NCBI GenBank assembly: GCA_963749495.1
Contig: CAVVMW010000005.1
Coordinates: 64,001-128,000 of the forward strand
Length of the DNA: 64,000 nucleotides
Source: an uncultured bacterium
Lineage (GTDB): Bacteria; Verrucomicrobiota; Verrucomicrobiia; Limisphaerales; UBA8199
Direction: 5' to 3'
Of this stretch, positions 40,486 to 51,182 are shown piece by piece; the first letter of the stretch is position 1, and each line of letters begins with the position of its first letter. The notes under the pieces were generated by a model. It ran no database searches, was not told the origin of the DNA, and worked only from the letters and a program-made list of their open reading frames with translations. A program made the translations under genes and the position numbers.

Positions 40486-41445
40486 ATGGCAAAGCAACTT
40501 TCTCGTCGTGGCTTTGTGAAGTCGTCGCTCCTGGCCTCTGCGGCCATCCCGCTGGGCTTGAGTGCGGCAAAAGCCAACTCCCAAAACCCCGTCACGCCCG
40601 CCGCCCCGGCGGAACCCCTCCCCAAAGGCCAGATCGCCGGCCAGGAGTTCAGCCGCCTGATGATGGGCGGCAACCTCATCGGCGGCTGGTCGCACTCGCG
40701 CGAGTTAACCTACGTCTCGACGCTCATGCGCCGTTACAACACCCACGCCAAGGTTCGCGAGACGCTCGAATTGGGCGAGAGCCACGGCATCACGGCCATC
40801 AACACGTGGGTGATGGACGACAACTCGGATATTTTCGAGCACTGGAAGTGCGGCGGCAAGATCAAGTGGTTCGCCCAGGCGCGCCCGGATGGGGGCGGGG
40901 GCTTCTCCCAAATCCAGAAGGCCATCGATCAGGGAGCGGCCGGCGTGCACCTCACGGGCGACGCGTGCGAGGGCCTGATCGACCAGGGCAAGTTCGAGAA
41001 GATCGCCCAGAGTGTGCAATTCATCAGGTTGCAGAAGCGCATCGCCGGCGTGGCGGCGCACGACTTGCGCGTGATCGTCGAGTGCGAAAAGGCGGGACTG
41101 GACGTGGACTTCTATCAGAAGACCCTGCACACGCACGATTACTACACCGCCCCCCGCCCGGACGACAGCGGGGCGTTAGGCGCGCACGACAATTCCTGGT
41201 GCGATGATCCGCAGGCGGTCATCAATGTCATGGCCAAAATCAAGAAGCCGTGGATCGCCTTCAAAGTCCTGGCCGCCGGCGGCATCCATCCGCGCGCCGG
41301 TTTCCCCTTCGCCTTCAATGCCGGCGCCGACTTCATCCTGGTGGGCATGTTCGACTGGCAGATCGAGGAGGACGCAAAACTGGCTAAGCACGTCGTCAAC
41401 ATCGTGGCCGGACCCAACTCGAAACGGACCCGCCCGTGGGTGTGA
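40486..41445 (+). CDS. Tat-exported hypothetical protein (aldo-keto reductase-like barrel)
   Basis: SRRGFVK Tat motif; SRLMMGGN, KPWIAFKVLAAG, GADFILVGMFD; TTGACA at 40451. Confidence 0.75.
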   Translation: MAKQLSRRGFVKSSLLASAAIPLGLSAAKANSQNPVTPAAPAEPLPKGQIAGQEFSRLMMGGNLIGGWSHSRELTYVSTLMRRYNTHAKVRETLELGESHGITAINTWVMDDNSDIFEHWKCGGKIKWFAQARPDGGGGFSQIQKAIDQGAAGVHLTGDACEGLIDQGKFEKIAQSVQFIRLQKRIAGVAAHDLRVIVECEKAGLDVDFYQKTLHTHDYYTAPRPDDSGALGAHDNSWCDDPQAVINVMAKIKKPWIAFKVLAAGGIHPRAGFPFAFNAGADFILVGMFDWQIEEDAKLAKHVVNIVAGPNSKRTRPWV

Positions 41446-41608
41446 AGCCCGCGCAAGGAGTTCGGCCCGCAGAACACGCAGAACACGCTCAAGCCGGGGA
41501 TTCCTCCGGTCCGACCCGTCTGACTCGTCCGACCCGTCCGACTCGATAGGGAAGGTGGGCGCTCCTTTTTCGCCTCGCGCCCGGGCCGATCCACGGTATG
41601 TTGCGGGC

Positions 41609-44455
41609 ATGGTGAAGAAGAAGTTGTTCTTGTTGGACGGGATGGCTTTGGTTTACCGGGCGCACTTTGCGCTGATCCGCCGTCCGATTTTCACCTCGAG
41701 CGGGGTCAACACGTCCGCGCTGTTCGGGTTTACGCAGACGCTGCTGGACATCCTGAAGAACCAGGAGCCGACGCACCTGGCAGTGGCATTCGACACGGAG
41801 GCGCCGACGTTGCGGCACGAGGTCTATCCCGATTACAAGGCGACCCGCCAGGTGATGCCCGAGGACCTGGTCCAGGCCCTGCCGCACGTGCGGCGGATGG
41901 TGCAGGCCTTCCGCGTCCCGGCCCTGGCTTGTGACGGCTTCGAGGCGGACGACCTCATCGGCACGCTGGTCCGCCGGGCCCAGAAGGAGGGATATGTCTC
42001 CTACATGGTGACGGCGGACAAGGACTTCGGCCAACTGGTGGATGCCAACACGTTCCTCTACAAACCCGCGCGCCAGGGCGACGCCGTCGAGGTGCTGGGC
42101 GTGGCCGAGATTCAGAAGCGCTGGGGCGTGGACCGGCCCGAGCAGGTGGTCAATGTGCTGGCCCTGATGGGGGATGCCACCGACAATATCCCCGGGGTGC
42201 CGGGCATCGGCGAAAAGACGGCCATGAAACTGGTCGCCCAGTTTGGCAGCGTCGAGAACCTCCTGGCGCACACGGGCGAATTGGCCGACCGGCTCAAGGC
42301 GAGCCTCGAGGCGCACCGCGACCAGGCGCTGTTGTCCAAGCGGCTGGCGACCATTGTCTGCGACGCGCCGTGCCCTGTGGAGCTGGAGTCGCTGCGGGTG
42401 CAGTCGTGCAACGAGGCGATGCTCAGGGGATTGCTGGTGGAATTCGAGTTCAACTCGCTCGGGCGGCGCCTCTTCGGCGAGGATTTCAAGGCCGGGCACG
42501 GCTTCAAGGCCCGGCCGGCCGCGCCCGCGGCTGCCGCGCCTGCCCGCCCCGCAAGGCCGGCTCAGGAAGACCTGATCCTGGTCGCCGAGGGCCCGGGGCC
42601 TGCCGCGCAGCCCCAGCCCGCGCCTGCGGCGGCGCCGGACCTCAAGACCATCACCGACGTTCCCCATGAGTACCACCTGGCGGACTCGCCGGCCCAGAGG
42701 ACTGAATTGGTCCGGGCGCTTGAGCAGCAGGGTTCGTTCTGCCTGGATACTGAGACGACGGGCCTGGACCCCAAGGAGGCGCGCCTGGTCGGGCTTGCCT
42801 TCTCGTTCGCCCCCCACACCGGGTATTATGTGCCGATACCGCAAGAGCCTGCCCTGGCGGCGCCCATCCTCCAGGAGTTCAGGCCGGCACTGGAGGCCGA
42901 ACGGATCGAGAAGGTCGGCCACAACCTCAAGTTCGACCTGGCCGTGCTCAAGTGGCACGGCCTGGAGGTGCGGGGCAAGCTTTTCGACACCATGGTCGCG
43001 CACAGCCTCATCGAGCCCGAGCAGCGGCACGGGATGGATTATCTCTCGGAGGCCTACCTGGGCTACACCCCGATCCCCATCACCCGGCTCATCGGCGCCA
43101 ACGAGGCTGCGCAAATCAACATGGCCCAGGTGCCGGTGGGCAAGGCCGCCGAATACTCGGCCGAGGATGCCGACGTGACGCTCCAACTCCGGGCCGTGCT
43201 GGAGCCGTTGCTCAAGGAAAAGGGCCAGCAACGGGTCTTTTATGAGATCGAGTCACCGCTGATCCCCGTGCTGGTGGACATGGAATACGAGGGGATCCGC
43301 GTGGCGGCGGCGGCGCTGGATGAGATCGCCCTCCAGTTGGCCAAGGAGATCGATGAGCAGGAACGCGCCATCTGCCGCCTGGCCGGCACCCCGTTCAACC
43401 TGAACTCACCCAAACAGTTGGGCCAGATCCTCTTCGACATCATGAAGATCTGCCCTCCGCCCAGGAAGACCCGGACCGGCCAGTATGCCACCGACGAGCA
43501 AACCCTGGCGGCGCTGGCGCCCGACCACGAAATCGTCCGCCGTCTGCTCGAACACCGCGCCGCTTCAAAGCTCAAATCCACGTATGCGGAGGCCTTGCCG
43601 GCGGCCATCTGGCCGGGGACTCGCCGCGTCCACACCACCTTTTACCAGGTCGCCACGGCCACCGGCCGGCTCAACTCGCAGAATCCGAACCTCCAGAATA
43701 TCCCCATCCGCACCGAGCGCGGGCAGGAAATCCGCAAGGCCTTCGTCCCGCGCCAGGCGGGCTACAGCCTGCTCTCGGCTGATTACTCGCAGATCGAGCT
43801 GCGCATCATCGCCGCCCTGGCCCGCGAGCCCGGCCTGCTGGAGGCCTTCCGCACCGGCGCCGATGTCCACACCGCCACCGCCGCCCGAATCTTCGGCCTG
43901 CCGCCGGACCTGGTCACCCCGGAGATGCGGCGCAAGGCCAAGATGGTCAATTACGGCATCGCCTACGGCATCTCCGCCTTTGGCCTGGCCCAGCGCCTGG
44001 GCATCGCCCGCGCCGAGGCCGCCGACGTCATCAACCACTACTTCCACCAGTTCCCCGGCATCCGCCGTTACATGGACGACACGGTCGCTTTCGCCCGCCG
44101 CCAGGGCTATGTCGAGACCGTAGCCGGCCGGCGCCGCTACATCCGCGACATCCGTTCGCTCAACAACACGGTTCGCGCCTCCGCCGAACGCAACGCCATC
44201 AACGCCCCCATCCAAGGCACCGCCGCCGACATGATCAAGCTGGCGATGATCCACATCCACCGTGAACTGGAGCGGCGCCGGCTCAAGACCCGCATGGTCC
44301 TCCAGGTCCACGACAAACTGGTCTTCGACCTCTTCGACCCTGAGGAGGAGCAGGTCCGCAGCCTGGTCGAGCAGCACATGACAAGCGCCATCGCCCTGGA
44401 TGTCCCCATCGTGGTCGAAATCGGCGTGGGCCAAAACTGGCTCGAGGCCCACTGA
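41609..44455 (+). CDS. polA: DNA polymerase I
   Basis: 5'-3' exonuclease (LLDG, FEADD, DNIPGVPGIG), 3'-5' exonuclease (DTETT, HNLKFD, YSAED), motifs A/B/C (DYSQIELR, KMVNYG, VHD). Confidence 0.98.
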   Translation: MVKKKLFLLDGMALVYRAHFALIRRPIFTSSGVNTSALFGFTQTLLDILKNQEPTHLAVAFDTEAPTLRHEVYPDYKATRQVMPEDLVQALPHVRRMVQAFRVPALACDGFEADDLIGTLVRRAQKEGYVSYMVTADKDFGQLVDANTFLYKPARQGDAVEVLGVAEIQKRWGVDRPEQVVNVLALMGDATDNIPGVPGIGEKTAMKLVAQFGSVENLLAHTGELADRLKASLEAHRDQALLSKRLATIVCDAPCPVELESLRVQSCNEAMLRGLLVEFEFNSLGRRLFGEDFKAGHGFKARPAAPAAAAPARPARPAQEDLILVAEGPGPAAQPQPAPAAAPDLKTITDVPHEYHLADSPAQRTELVRALEQQGSFCLDTETTGLDPKEARLVGLAFSFAPHTGYYVPIPQEPALAAPILQEFRPALEAERIEKVGHNLKFDLAVLKWHGLEVRGKLFDTMVAHSLIEPEQRHGMDYLSEAYLGYTPIPITRLIGANEAAQINMAQVPVGKAAEYSAEDADVTLQLRAVLEPLLKEKGQQRVFYEIESPLIPVLVDMEYEGIRVAAAALDEIALQLAKEIDEQERAICRLAGTPFNLNSPKQLGQILFDIMKICPPPRKTRTGQYATDEQTLAALAPDHEIVRRLLEHRAASKLKSTYAEALPAAIWPGTRRVHTTFYQVATATGRLNSQNPNLQNIPIRTERGQEIRKAFVPRQAGYSLLSADYSQIELRIIAALAREPGLLEAFRTGADVHTATAARIFGLPPDLVTPEMRRKAKMVNYGIAYGISAFGLAQRLGIARAEAADVINHYFHQFPGIRRYMDDTVAFARRQGYVETVAGRRRYIRDIRSLNNTVRASAERNAINAPIQGTAADMIKLAMIHIHRELERRRLKTRMVLQVHDKLVFDLFDPEEEQVRSLVEQHMTSAIALDVPIVVEIGVGQNWLEAH

Positions 44456-44482
44456 GGCCCGCCCGCAGAACACGCGGAAGGA

Positions 44483-44668
44483 CAGCAAAATCATTGTTGG
44501 CAGAATCATTAAGAAAAAAATTCTTTTTATGATTCTGCCAGAAATGATTTTGCCTCCTTCCGGAAGAATGATTTTGGGACCAAGGCGAGGAAGGAGGACA
44601 GAATCCATTGTTGACAGAATCATTCGGAAGGAAATCATCTGTAATGATTTTGCCAAAAATGATTCTGT
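44483..44668. repeat. AT-rich palindromic element (GCAGAATCAT / ATGATTCTGC, ~15-nt period); related copy at 14622-14806
   Basis: Two consecutive inverted pairs here; at 14.6 kb the pair is interrupted by the 117-bp element. Confidence 0.75.
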
Positions 44669-45957
44669 TGCCTTCCAGAAAACAACTGATTCTGCTCGTG
44701 GCCGGGCTGGCGGTTTTGCTCGCCGCCTGCGTGGCGGGCGCCGCCTCGAATCCCGACACAATCTCCGTCCGTGATTTCGGGGCAAAAGGAGACGCTCAGA
44801 CAGACGACACGGAGGCCTTCCAGAAGGCGCTCGATGCCGCCGGCACTGCGGGCGGCGGGGTCGTCTATGCCCCGCGCGGCAACTACTTCTTCGCCGGCCA
44901 TCTCAGCGTGCCGCGCGCAGTGGCCTTGAAGGGCGTCTGGGAATCGGTGCCCGCGCACAACGGGGTGCGCGACGCCGGCCTGCCCAAGCCGACCGACAAC
45001 GGAACTACCTTCCTGGCCACTGAGAATGCGGGCAAGGAGGAGGGCCCGCCCTTCATTACGTTGAACCACAACTCGACGCTCAAGGGCGTGGTCATTTATT
45101 ACCCCGGCCAGGACCCCGCCGAGGAACCCAAGCCCTATCCGTGGGCCATCGCCATGCGCGGCAAGAATCCCGCCGTGCTCGCCGTCGAGTTGCTCAACCC
45201 GTACAACGGCATCGACGCCACGCGCAACGAGCGGCACCTCATCCGGGACGTGCAGGGCCAGCCCTTGCGGCGCGGCATCCTCGTGGATGCCATCTACGAC
45301 GTCGGCCGGATCGAGGACGTCCACTTCAATCCCTGGTGGAGCAACAGGCCCCGCCTCCTCAAGTGGCAGCAAGAGCATGGAGAGGCCTTTCTCTTCGGCC
45401 GCACCGACTGGCAGTACGTCTTCAACACCTTCTGCTTCGGTTACAACGTCGGCTACAAGTTCATCCAGACCCGCGCCGGCGTCTGCAACGGCAATTTCCT
45501 GGGCCTCGGGGCTGATGACTGTTTCACCGCGCTGGTGGTGGAGAACTGCGCCCCCTTCGGCCTGCTCATCTCCAACGGCGAGTTTGTCTCCTTTCACGGC
45601 CCGGACCCCACGATGGTGCGCGTGGAGGCCTCCAACTCGGGCAGCGTGCGCCTGGTCAACTGCGCCTTCTGGGGGCCGTGCAATCAGATCGCCCGCATCT
45701 CCGGGCGCGGCACCGTCGGCTTCAGCGATTGCACCTTCGTCCAATGGGACCACAAGAACGAGGGGCGCCACGCCTTGCAGGCCGACGGCGGAAGCCTCCT
45801 CGTCCGCGGGTGCGAATTCCGGGAAAACAAGCCCCAGATCGAACTGGGCGAATCGGTCCAGCGCGCGGTCATCTCCGACAACCTCTACCCCGCCAAGCCG
45901 CGCATCACCAACCGCAGCCAGACGGGAGCGCAGGGTGATCCGGCGAATCATAATTAG
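44644..45957 (+). CDS. Pectate-lyase-superfamily beta-helix protein
   Basis: Signal peptide; SVRDFGAKGD..TDDT.AFQKALD..GGGVVY.P.G.Y. Confidence 0.8.
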   Translation: MILPKMILLPSRKQLILLVAGLAVLLAACVAGAASNPDTISVRDFGAKGDAQTDDTEAFQKALDAAGTAGGGVVYAPRGNYFFAGHLSVPRAVALKGVWESVPAHNGVRDAGLPKPTDNGTTFLATENAGKEEGPPFITLNHNSTLKGVVIYYPGQDPAEEPKPYPWAIAMRGKNPAVLAVELLNPYNGIDATRNERHLIRDVQGQPLRRGILVDAIYDVGRIEDVHFNPWWSNRPRLLKWQQEHGEAFLFGRTDWQYVFNTFCFGYNVGYKFIQTRAGVCNGNFLGLGADDCFTALVVENCAPFGLLISNGEFVSFHGPDPTMVRVEASNSGSVRLVNCAFWGPCNQIARISGRGTVGFSDCTFVQWDHKNEGRHALQADGGSLLVRGCEFRENKPQIELGESVQRAVISDNLYPAKPRITNRSQTGAQGDPANHN

Positions 45958-46051
45958 CGCGAGGCTCATGAGTGCCCAGAACTGCAGCCTTGCGGCTGCC
46001 CTCAATTTTTCGTGCATCGCGCGCCGGGCGCGTGTAATCATGGCGCCCGGT

Positions 46052-48188
46052 ATGAACGCGCATTTCATCAGACCTGCACCGGTGCTCGTGTTTTCCATGC
46101 TCTTGGCGGCCGGCTGCCTTGAAGCCCAGCCGCGGGATGCTCTTTCCCGTCCTGGCTCGCCCGAGCCCGGCCCGGCGTCTTTTTCGTGGCCACCAATGGC
46201 AACGACCAATGGACCGGCAGCCGGCCGGCCCGCGCCGGACGGGAGCGACGGCCCGTTTGCCACGTTGCCGCGGGCGCTCAAGGCCATGCGCGAGATCAAA
46301 CAGGCCCAGGGCGAGGCACTGAAACAGCCGCCGACCGTATTCGTGCGCGGCGGCCTCTATTGCCTGGCGGAGCCGGTGATTCTCACACCCGGGGATTCGG
46401 GGTCGGCCGTGGCGGCTTTTGCCGGCGAGGCGCCGGTGCTGAGCGGCGGCCGGTTGCTCGGCCCCTGGCGGGAGGCCTCGGTCGAGGGCAAGAGGCTGTG
46501 GACCGCCGATGTCCCCGCCGCGCGCGGCGGCAACTGGGTTTTCCGGGAACTGTGGGTCAATGGCCGGCGTGCTGTGCGCGCGCGCCATCCGAACAAGGGC
46601 TACCTGAGCGTCGTTGAATTGCCGGACAAGGCCGCCGACTGGACCAAGGGCCAGAGCCGGTTCCGTTTTCACGAAGGCGACCTGAAAGAATGGAGCACGG
46701 CGACCAATGCCGAGGTCGTGGTCATGACCAAGTGGGCCGAGTCGCGGTTGCCGGTGCTGGGCGTGGACGAGCAAGAACGCCTGGTGCGTTTCGGCAAGCG
46801 GTCGGTCTTCGCGCTGGAGCCGGGCGATCTCTACTATGCCGAGGGCGCCCTGGATTTCCTGGATGCGCCCGGCGAATGGTGCCTGGACCCGGCCGCGGGC
46901 ACGGCTTATTACTGGCCGTTGCCGGGGGAGACACTCGACCGCGTCCAGGCCATTGCCCCGGTGCTGGCGCAGGTCCTTCGCCTCGAAGGCCGCCCGGAGA
47001 AGGGCGCCCGGATCGAAAACGTGGTCCTGCGGGGCCTGAGCTTCTCCCACACCGAGTGGTGCTTTGCCCAGGGGTTCCATACCGGCGAGCACGCCCCGCT
47101 CATCGACCCGGCGCCCGCCGCCGAGGTCGGCGGTTTCGGCCAGGCAGCCATTGGCGTGCCGGCCGCTGTGTATGGCCAGGGCGCGCGCCGGTGCCTCTTC
47201 CAGGACTGCCGGTTTTCCGATCTCGGCAACTATGGCCTGGAGTTGGGGCGCGGGTGCGACCACAACCGCATCTTCCATTGCGAATTCGCCGGCCTGGGCG
47301 CCGGGGGCCTGAAAATCGGCGAGACGGTCATCCGAGACAATCCCGCCGAGCAATCCGGCGCCAACGAAATCAGCCACTGCCACATCCACGACGGCGCCCT
47401 GATGTTCCACAGCGCCATCGGCATCTGGGTCGGCCAGTCGCCCAACAACCGCCTCACCCACAATCTCATCCACGACTTCTATTACACGGCCATCTCGATT
47501 GGCTGGACCTGGGGCTACGGCCCTGCCCTGGCCACCAATAGCCTGGTCGAGTTCAACCACGTCCACCATATCGGCGTCAAATCCGACGGTGACGGCCCCA
47601 TCCTCAGCGACATGGGCGGCATCTACACCCTTGGCAGGCAGCCCGGCGCCATCGTCCGCAACAACCTCTGGCACGACATGGCCGGCCTTCCGCTACGGCG
47701 GGTGGGGCATCTACTTCGACGAAGGCAGCAGCGGCATCCTCGCCGAGAGCAACATCGTCTATCGCACCACCCATGGCGGCTTTCACCAGCACTACGGCGA
47801 GACCAACCTGGTCCGCAACAACATCTTCGCCTTTGCCCGCGACCAGCAGATCCAGCGCTCCCGCCCCGAGGACCATCCCAGCTTCAGCTTCCAGACCAAC
47901 ATCGTCTATTTCGATTCCGGCAACCTGCTGGGTGGCACCTGGTCTAACGACCATTGTTCGATCGACTGGAATCTCTATTTCGACGCCCGGCCTGACGCCC
48001 GGCCCGAGGCCCTGCGCACCGGCCCCTGCACCTACCAGGAGTGGCGCGAACGAGGGCACGACGCTCATTCCCTCATCGCCGACCCCCTCTTCGTGGCCCC
48101 CAACCAATACGATTTCCGCCTCCAGCCCGGCTCCCCGGCCTCCAAGCTCGGCTTCCATCCGATCGACCTGACCGGCGTCGGACCGTAG
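46052..48188 (+). CDS. Right-handed parallel beta-helix protein (GH141-like); frameshift near 47688 and a compensated pair near 46175-46230
   Basis: FVATNGND.W.G (alternate frame), DGPFATL, RAVRARHPN, LDAPGEW, SDMGGIYTLG, GIYFDEGSS. Confidence 0.82.
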
Positions 48189-48631
48189 GGGCGGCTGCCA
48201 AAATCAGCGTGGGCGCTCCGATCTCAGACCTTTGTCGCAATCTTTGTCGCCGCCTTTGTCGAAGCATGGCCAGCCCGACAAAGGTTGCGACAAAGGTTGC
48301 GACCAAGGTCCCCGCTCGCGGTGTGCTTGGAACCGGCGCTGCGTGCATGGCCTTGTTGCGCCAAACAGTCTGATTCTGCCAGACGCCCTTTGGGTTCTTC
48401 GTTCCCTTCGTTTCCTTCTGTTCTTTTCCAGCGTCCCACCGGCTGGGCACAGCAACAGAACAGAAGGAAACGAAGGAAACGAAGATGCGGCCGGATGGGC
48501 GGCATCCTTGTGGTCCGTGCCAGTTCGTGATCGGATGACCCGAATTCTACTCCAACCCGGCCTCTTTGCAGAGATTGAATGGGACCGTGGATTTTGATTG
48601 CGGTCCAGCCGCGCCCAAGCAGACTTGGGGC

Positions 48632-49711
48632 ATGACATCACGGGTTTCTTTGCGAGGGTTCTCAGAGAGCGCACTGCCGCTGGCGCTGCTGGCCGGCGTG
48701 GCGCTGCTGGCGCATCCGCTCACGACGGCATCGCTGGCCCAGGAGTTTTCGCCCGAAGGTCTGGCGGCCTTGCGCGACTTTGAATCGCACCGGGTCACCT
48801 TGGCCGACCCCACCGGCGGCAACGATGATTTTCGCGTGCTCGAGCCGGGCCAGACGTTGGTGCTGGCCGACATCATAGGTCCCGGTTGCATCGTCCATTT
48901 CCGCGACAACATCACCAGCCATGAGCCGCACCATCTCCAGTACCATATCCTGCGCGCCTACTGGGACGGGGAGACCGACCCGAGCGTCGAGGCGCCCGTG
49001 GGAGATTTCTTCGGGGTCGGCTTCGGGTTCACCGAGAAATTCAGCTCGGCCCTGCTGTGCATCGACCAGCGGCCCGGCAAGCTGACCGACCCGGCGGCCT
49101 TTGGGGCGGCGCGCAACTGCTATATCCCAATGCCCTTCACGCGCTCGGGCCGCCTCACCCTCACCAACACCGGCAAACAGCCCAGCCAGCATTGGTTCGA
49201 GGTCAACTACCGCACCTATCGCAAGGCGCCTCCGGACCAGGCCTGCTTTCATGCCCAATACCGCAAGGCCGAGCCCCCGCCGGAGGGACCTTACACCATC
49301 CTCGAGGCCGTCGGGCGCGGCCACCTCCTGGGCTGCGTCCTGAGCGTGCAAAACAATGACGGCGGCTGGTGGGGCGAAGGCGACGAAATCGTCGATATCG
49401 ACGGCCGGCCCGCGATGCACGGGACCGGCTCGGAAGATTACTTTTGCGAGTCCTACGGCCTGCGCCCCGGCTGCTTCCCCTACTTCGGCGTCACCCTGTG
49501 CGAGGGGCCTTACACAACCGCCTATCAATGGCACATCCCGGACCCGGTCGTCTTCACCAAGTCGATCAAATTCCAGATCGAGCATGGCAACGGCAAACCA
49601 CCCTTCCGCAGCGGCAACTTCTACTACAGCGTCGCCTACTGGTACCAGACCGAGCCCCATGTCCCCTTTCCAAAAGCAACAAGACCAAACCCAGGCAACG
49701 GGTCCCGCTAA
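48632..49711 (+). CDS. DUF2961 (GH172-like) exported protein
   Basis: YWDGE..PSVEAPVGDFFG, MPF, FHAQY, WWGEGD, GTGSEDYF, SVAYWYQ.EPH. Confidence 0.88.
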   Translation: MTSRVSLRGFSESALPLALLAGVALLAHPLTTASLAQEFSPEGLAALRDFESHRVTLADPTGGNDDFRVLEPGQTLVLADIIGPGCIVHFRDNITSHEPHHLQYHILRAYWDGETDPSVEAPVGDFFGVGFGFTEKFSSALLCIDQRPGKLTDPAAFGAARNCYIPMPFTRSGRLTLTNTGKQPSQHWFEVNYRTYRKAPPDQACFHAQYRKAEPPPEGPYTILEAVGRGHLLGCVLSVQNNDGGWWGEGDEIVDIDGRPAMHGTGSEDYFCESYGLRPGCFPYFGVTLCEGPYTTAYQWHIPDPVVFTKSIKFQIEHGNGKPPFRSGNFYYSVAYWYQTEPHVPFPKATRPNPGNGSR

Positions 49712-50011
49712 GATCCCCCTCTGCTCATCGGATGCGGAGAGGTAGGAGCGGACCCCTCACCCCGGCCCTCTCCCCGGCAGACGGGGAGAGGGAGGAACGA
49801 CGGCCGACGTTCCGATGACGACGCGCGCACAGAGTGCTGCGCCGACGTTCCGACCTATCCCGAGTCGCCGCAGCCTCTCCCTCTCCCCTTCGGAAGGGGA
49901 GAGGGCCGGGGTGAGGGGTCAGCGGCGGGGACTCGCATTGTTCACTGACCGCTCACGCTCTCCCCACTTTCGTTCTTGCGTTGCACACACAATCAGTTTC
50001 TCTTTTGCGCC

Positions 50012-50548
50012 ATGAACCCCATCGCCCGGGCCCGCCAATTGCGCAAGAAGCGGACCTGGGCCGAGAAGGCTCTCTGGCGGCGGCTGCGGGATCGCCATTT
50101 CTCAGGCTACAAGTTCCGGCGCCAACATCCCGTCGGAGAGTACTTCCTCGATTTCTATTGCGCCGAAGCGAAGCTCGCGCTGGAGACCGACGGCTTTGGC
50201 CACGGTTTCCCAGCCCAACAGCAGCATGACGCCAGGCGGGACAGCTTTCTGCGCTCACAGGGGATTCTGGTGAAACGCATTTGGAACTGGCAATTGCGCC
50301 GTGAATTGGAATGGGTGCGTTTCAACTTATGGGGGCTGCTCCAGGCACGGGCTCCGCATCCAGGCAACGTCCCTCCTGCCCGGCGGACCCCTCACCCCGG
50401 CCCTCTCCCCGGCAGACGGGGAGAGGGAGGAACGACGGCCGACGTTCCGATGACGACGCGCGCACAGAGTGCTGCGCCGACCTCCGACCTATCCCGAGTC
50501 GCCGCAGCCTCTCCCTCTCCCCTTCGGAAGGGGAGAGGGCCGGGGTGA
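50012..50548 (+). CDS. DUF559 (Vsr-like) endonuclease, copy 1
   Basis: AR.LRK..T.AE..LW..LR, KFRRQHP.G.Y.LDFYC, LE.DG..H, D..RD..L...G..V.R.WN. Confidence 0.9.
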   Translation: MNPIARARQLRKKRTWAEKALWRRLRDRHFSGYKFRRQHPVGEYFLDFYCAEAKLALETDGFGHGFPAQQQHDARRDSFLRSQGILVKRIWNWQLRRELEWVRFNLWGLLQARAPHPGNVPPARRTPHPGPLPGRRGEGGTTADVPMTTRAQSAAPTSDLSRVAAASPSPLRKGRGPG

Positions 50549-50645
50549 GGGGTCAGCGGCGGGGACTCGCATTCTTCACTGACCGCTCACGCTCTCCCCA
50601 CTTTCGTTCTTGCGTTGCACACACAATCAGTTTCTCTTTTGCGCC

Positions 50646-51182
50646 ATGAACCCCATCGCCCGGGCCCGCCAATTGCGCAAGAAGCGGACCTGGGCCGAGA
50701 AGGCTCTCTGGCGGCGGCTGCGGGATCGCCATTTCTCAGGCTACAAGTTCCGGCGCCAACATCCCGTCGGAGAGTACTTCCTCGATTTCTATTGCGCCGA
50801 AGCGAAGCTCGCGCTGGAGACCGACGGCTTTGGCGACGGTTTCCCAGCCCAACAGCAGCATGACGCCAGGCGGGACAGCTTTCTGCGCTCACAGGGGATT
50901 CTGGTGAAACGCATTTGGAACTGGCAATTGCGCCGTGAATTGGAATGGGTGCGTTTCAACTTATGGGGGCTGCTCCAGGCACGGGCTCCGCATCCAGGCA
51001 ACGTCCCTCCTGCCCGGCGGACCCCTCACCCCGGCCCTCTCCCCGGCAGACGGGGAGAGGGAGGAACGACGGCCGACGTTCCGATGACGACGCGCACACA
51101 GAGTGCTGCGCCGACCTCCGACCTATCCCGAGTCGCCGCAGCCTCTCCCTCTCCCCTTCGGAAGGGGAGAGGGCCGGGGTGA
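50646..51182 (+). CDS. DUF559 endonuclease, copy 2 (His to Asp in DGxxH)
   Basis: Same protein, with ETDGFGD in place of ETDGFGH. Confidence 0.88.
   Translation: MNPIARARQLRKKRTWAEKALWRRLRDRHFSGYKFRRQHPVGEYFLDFYCAEAKLALETDGFGDGFPAQQQHDARRDSFLRSQGILVKRIWNWQLRRELEWVRFNLWGLLQARAPHPGNVPPARRTPHPGPLPGRRGEGGTTADVPMTTRTQSAAPTSDLSRVAAASPSPLRKGRGPG

Noticed and set aside
41204..41608. N-terminal extension of PolA
   Set aside because: Overlaps the upstream gene and repeat DNA; homology and a -10 box point to the ATG at 41609
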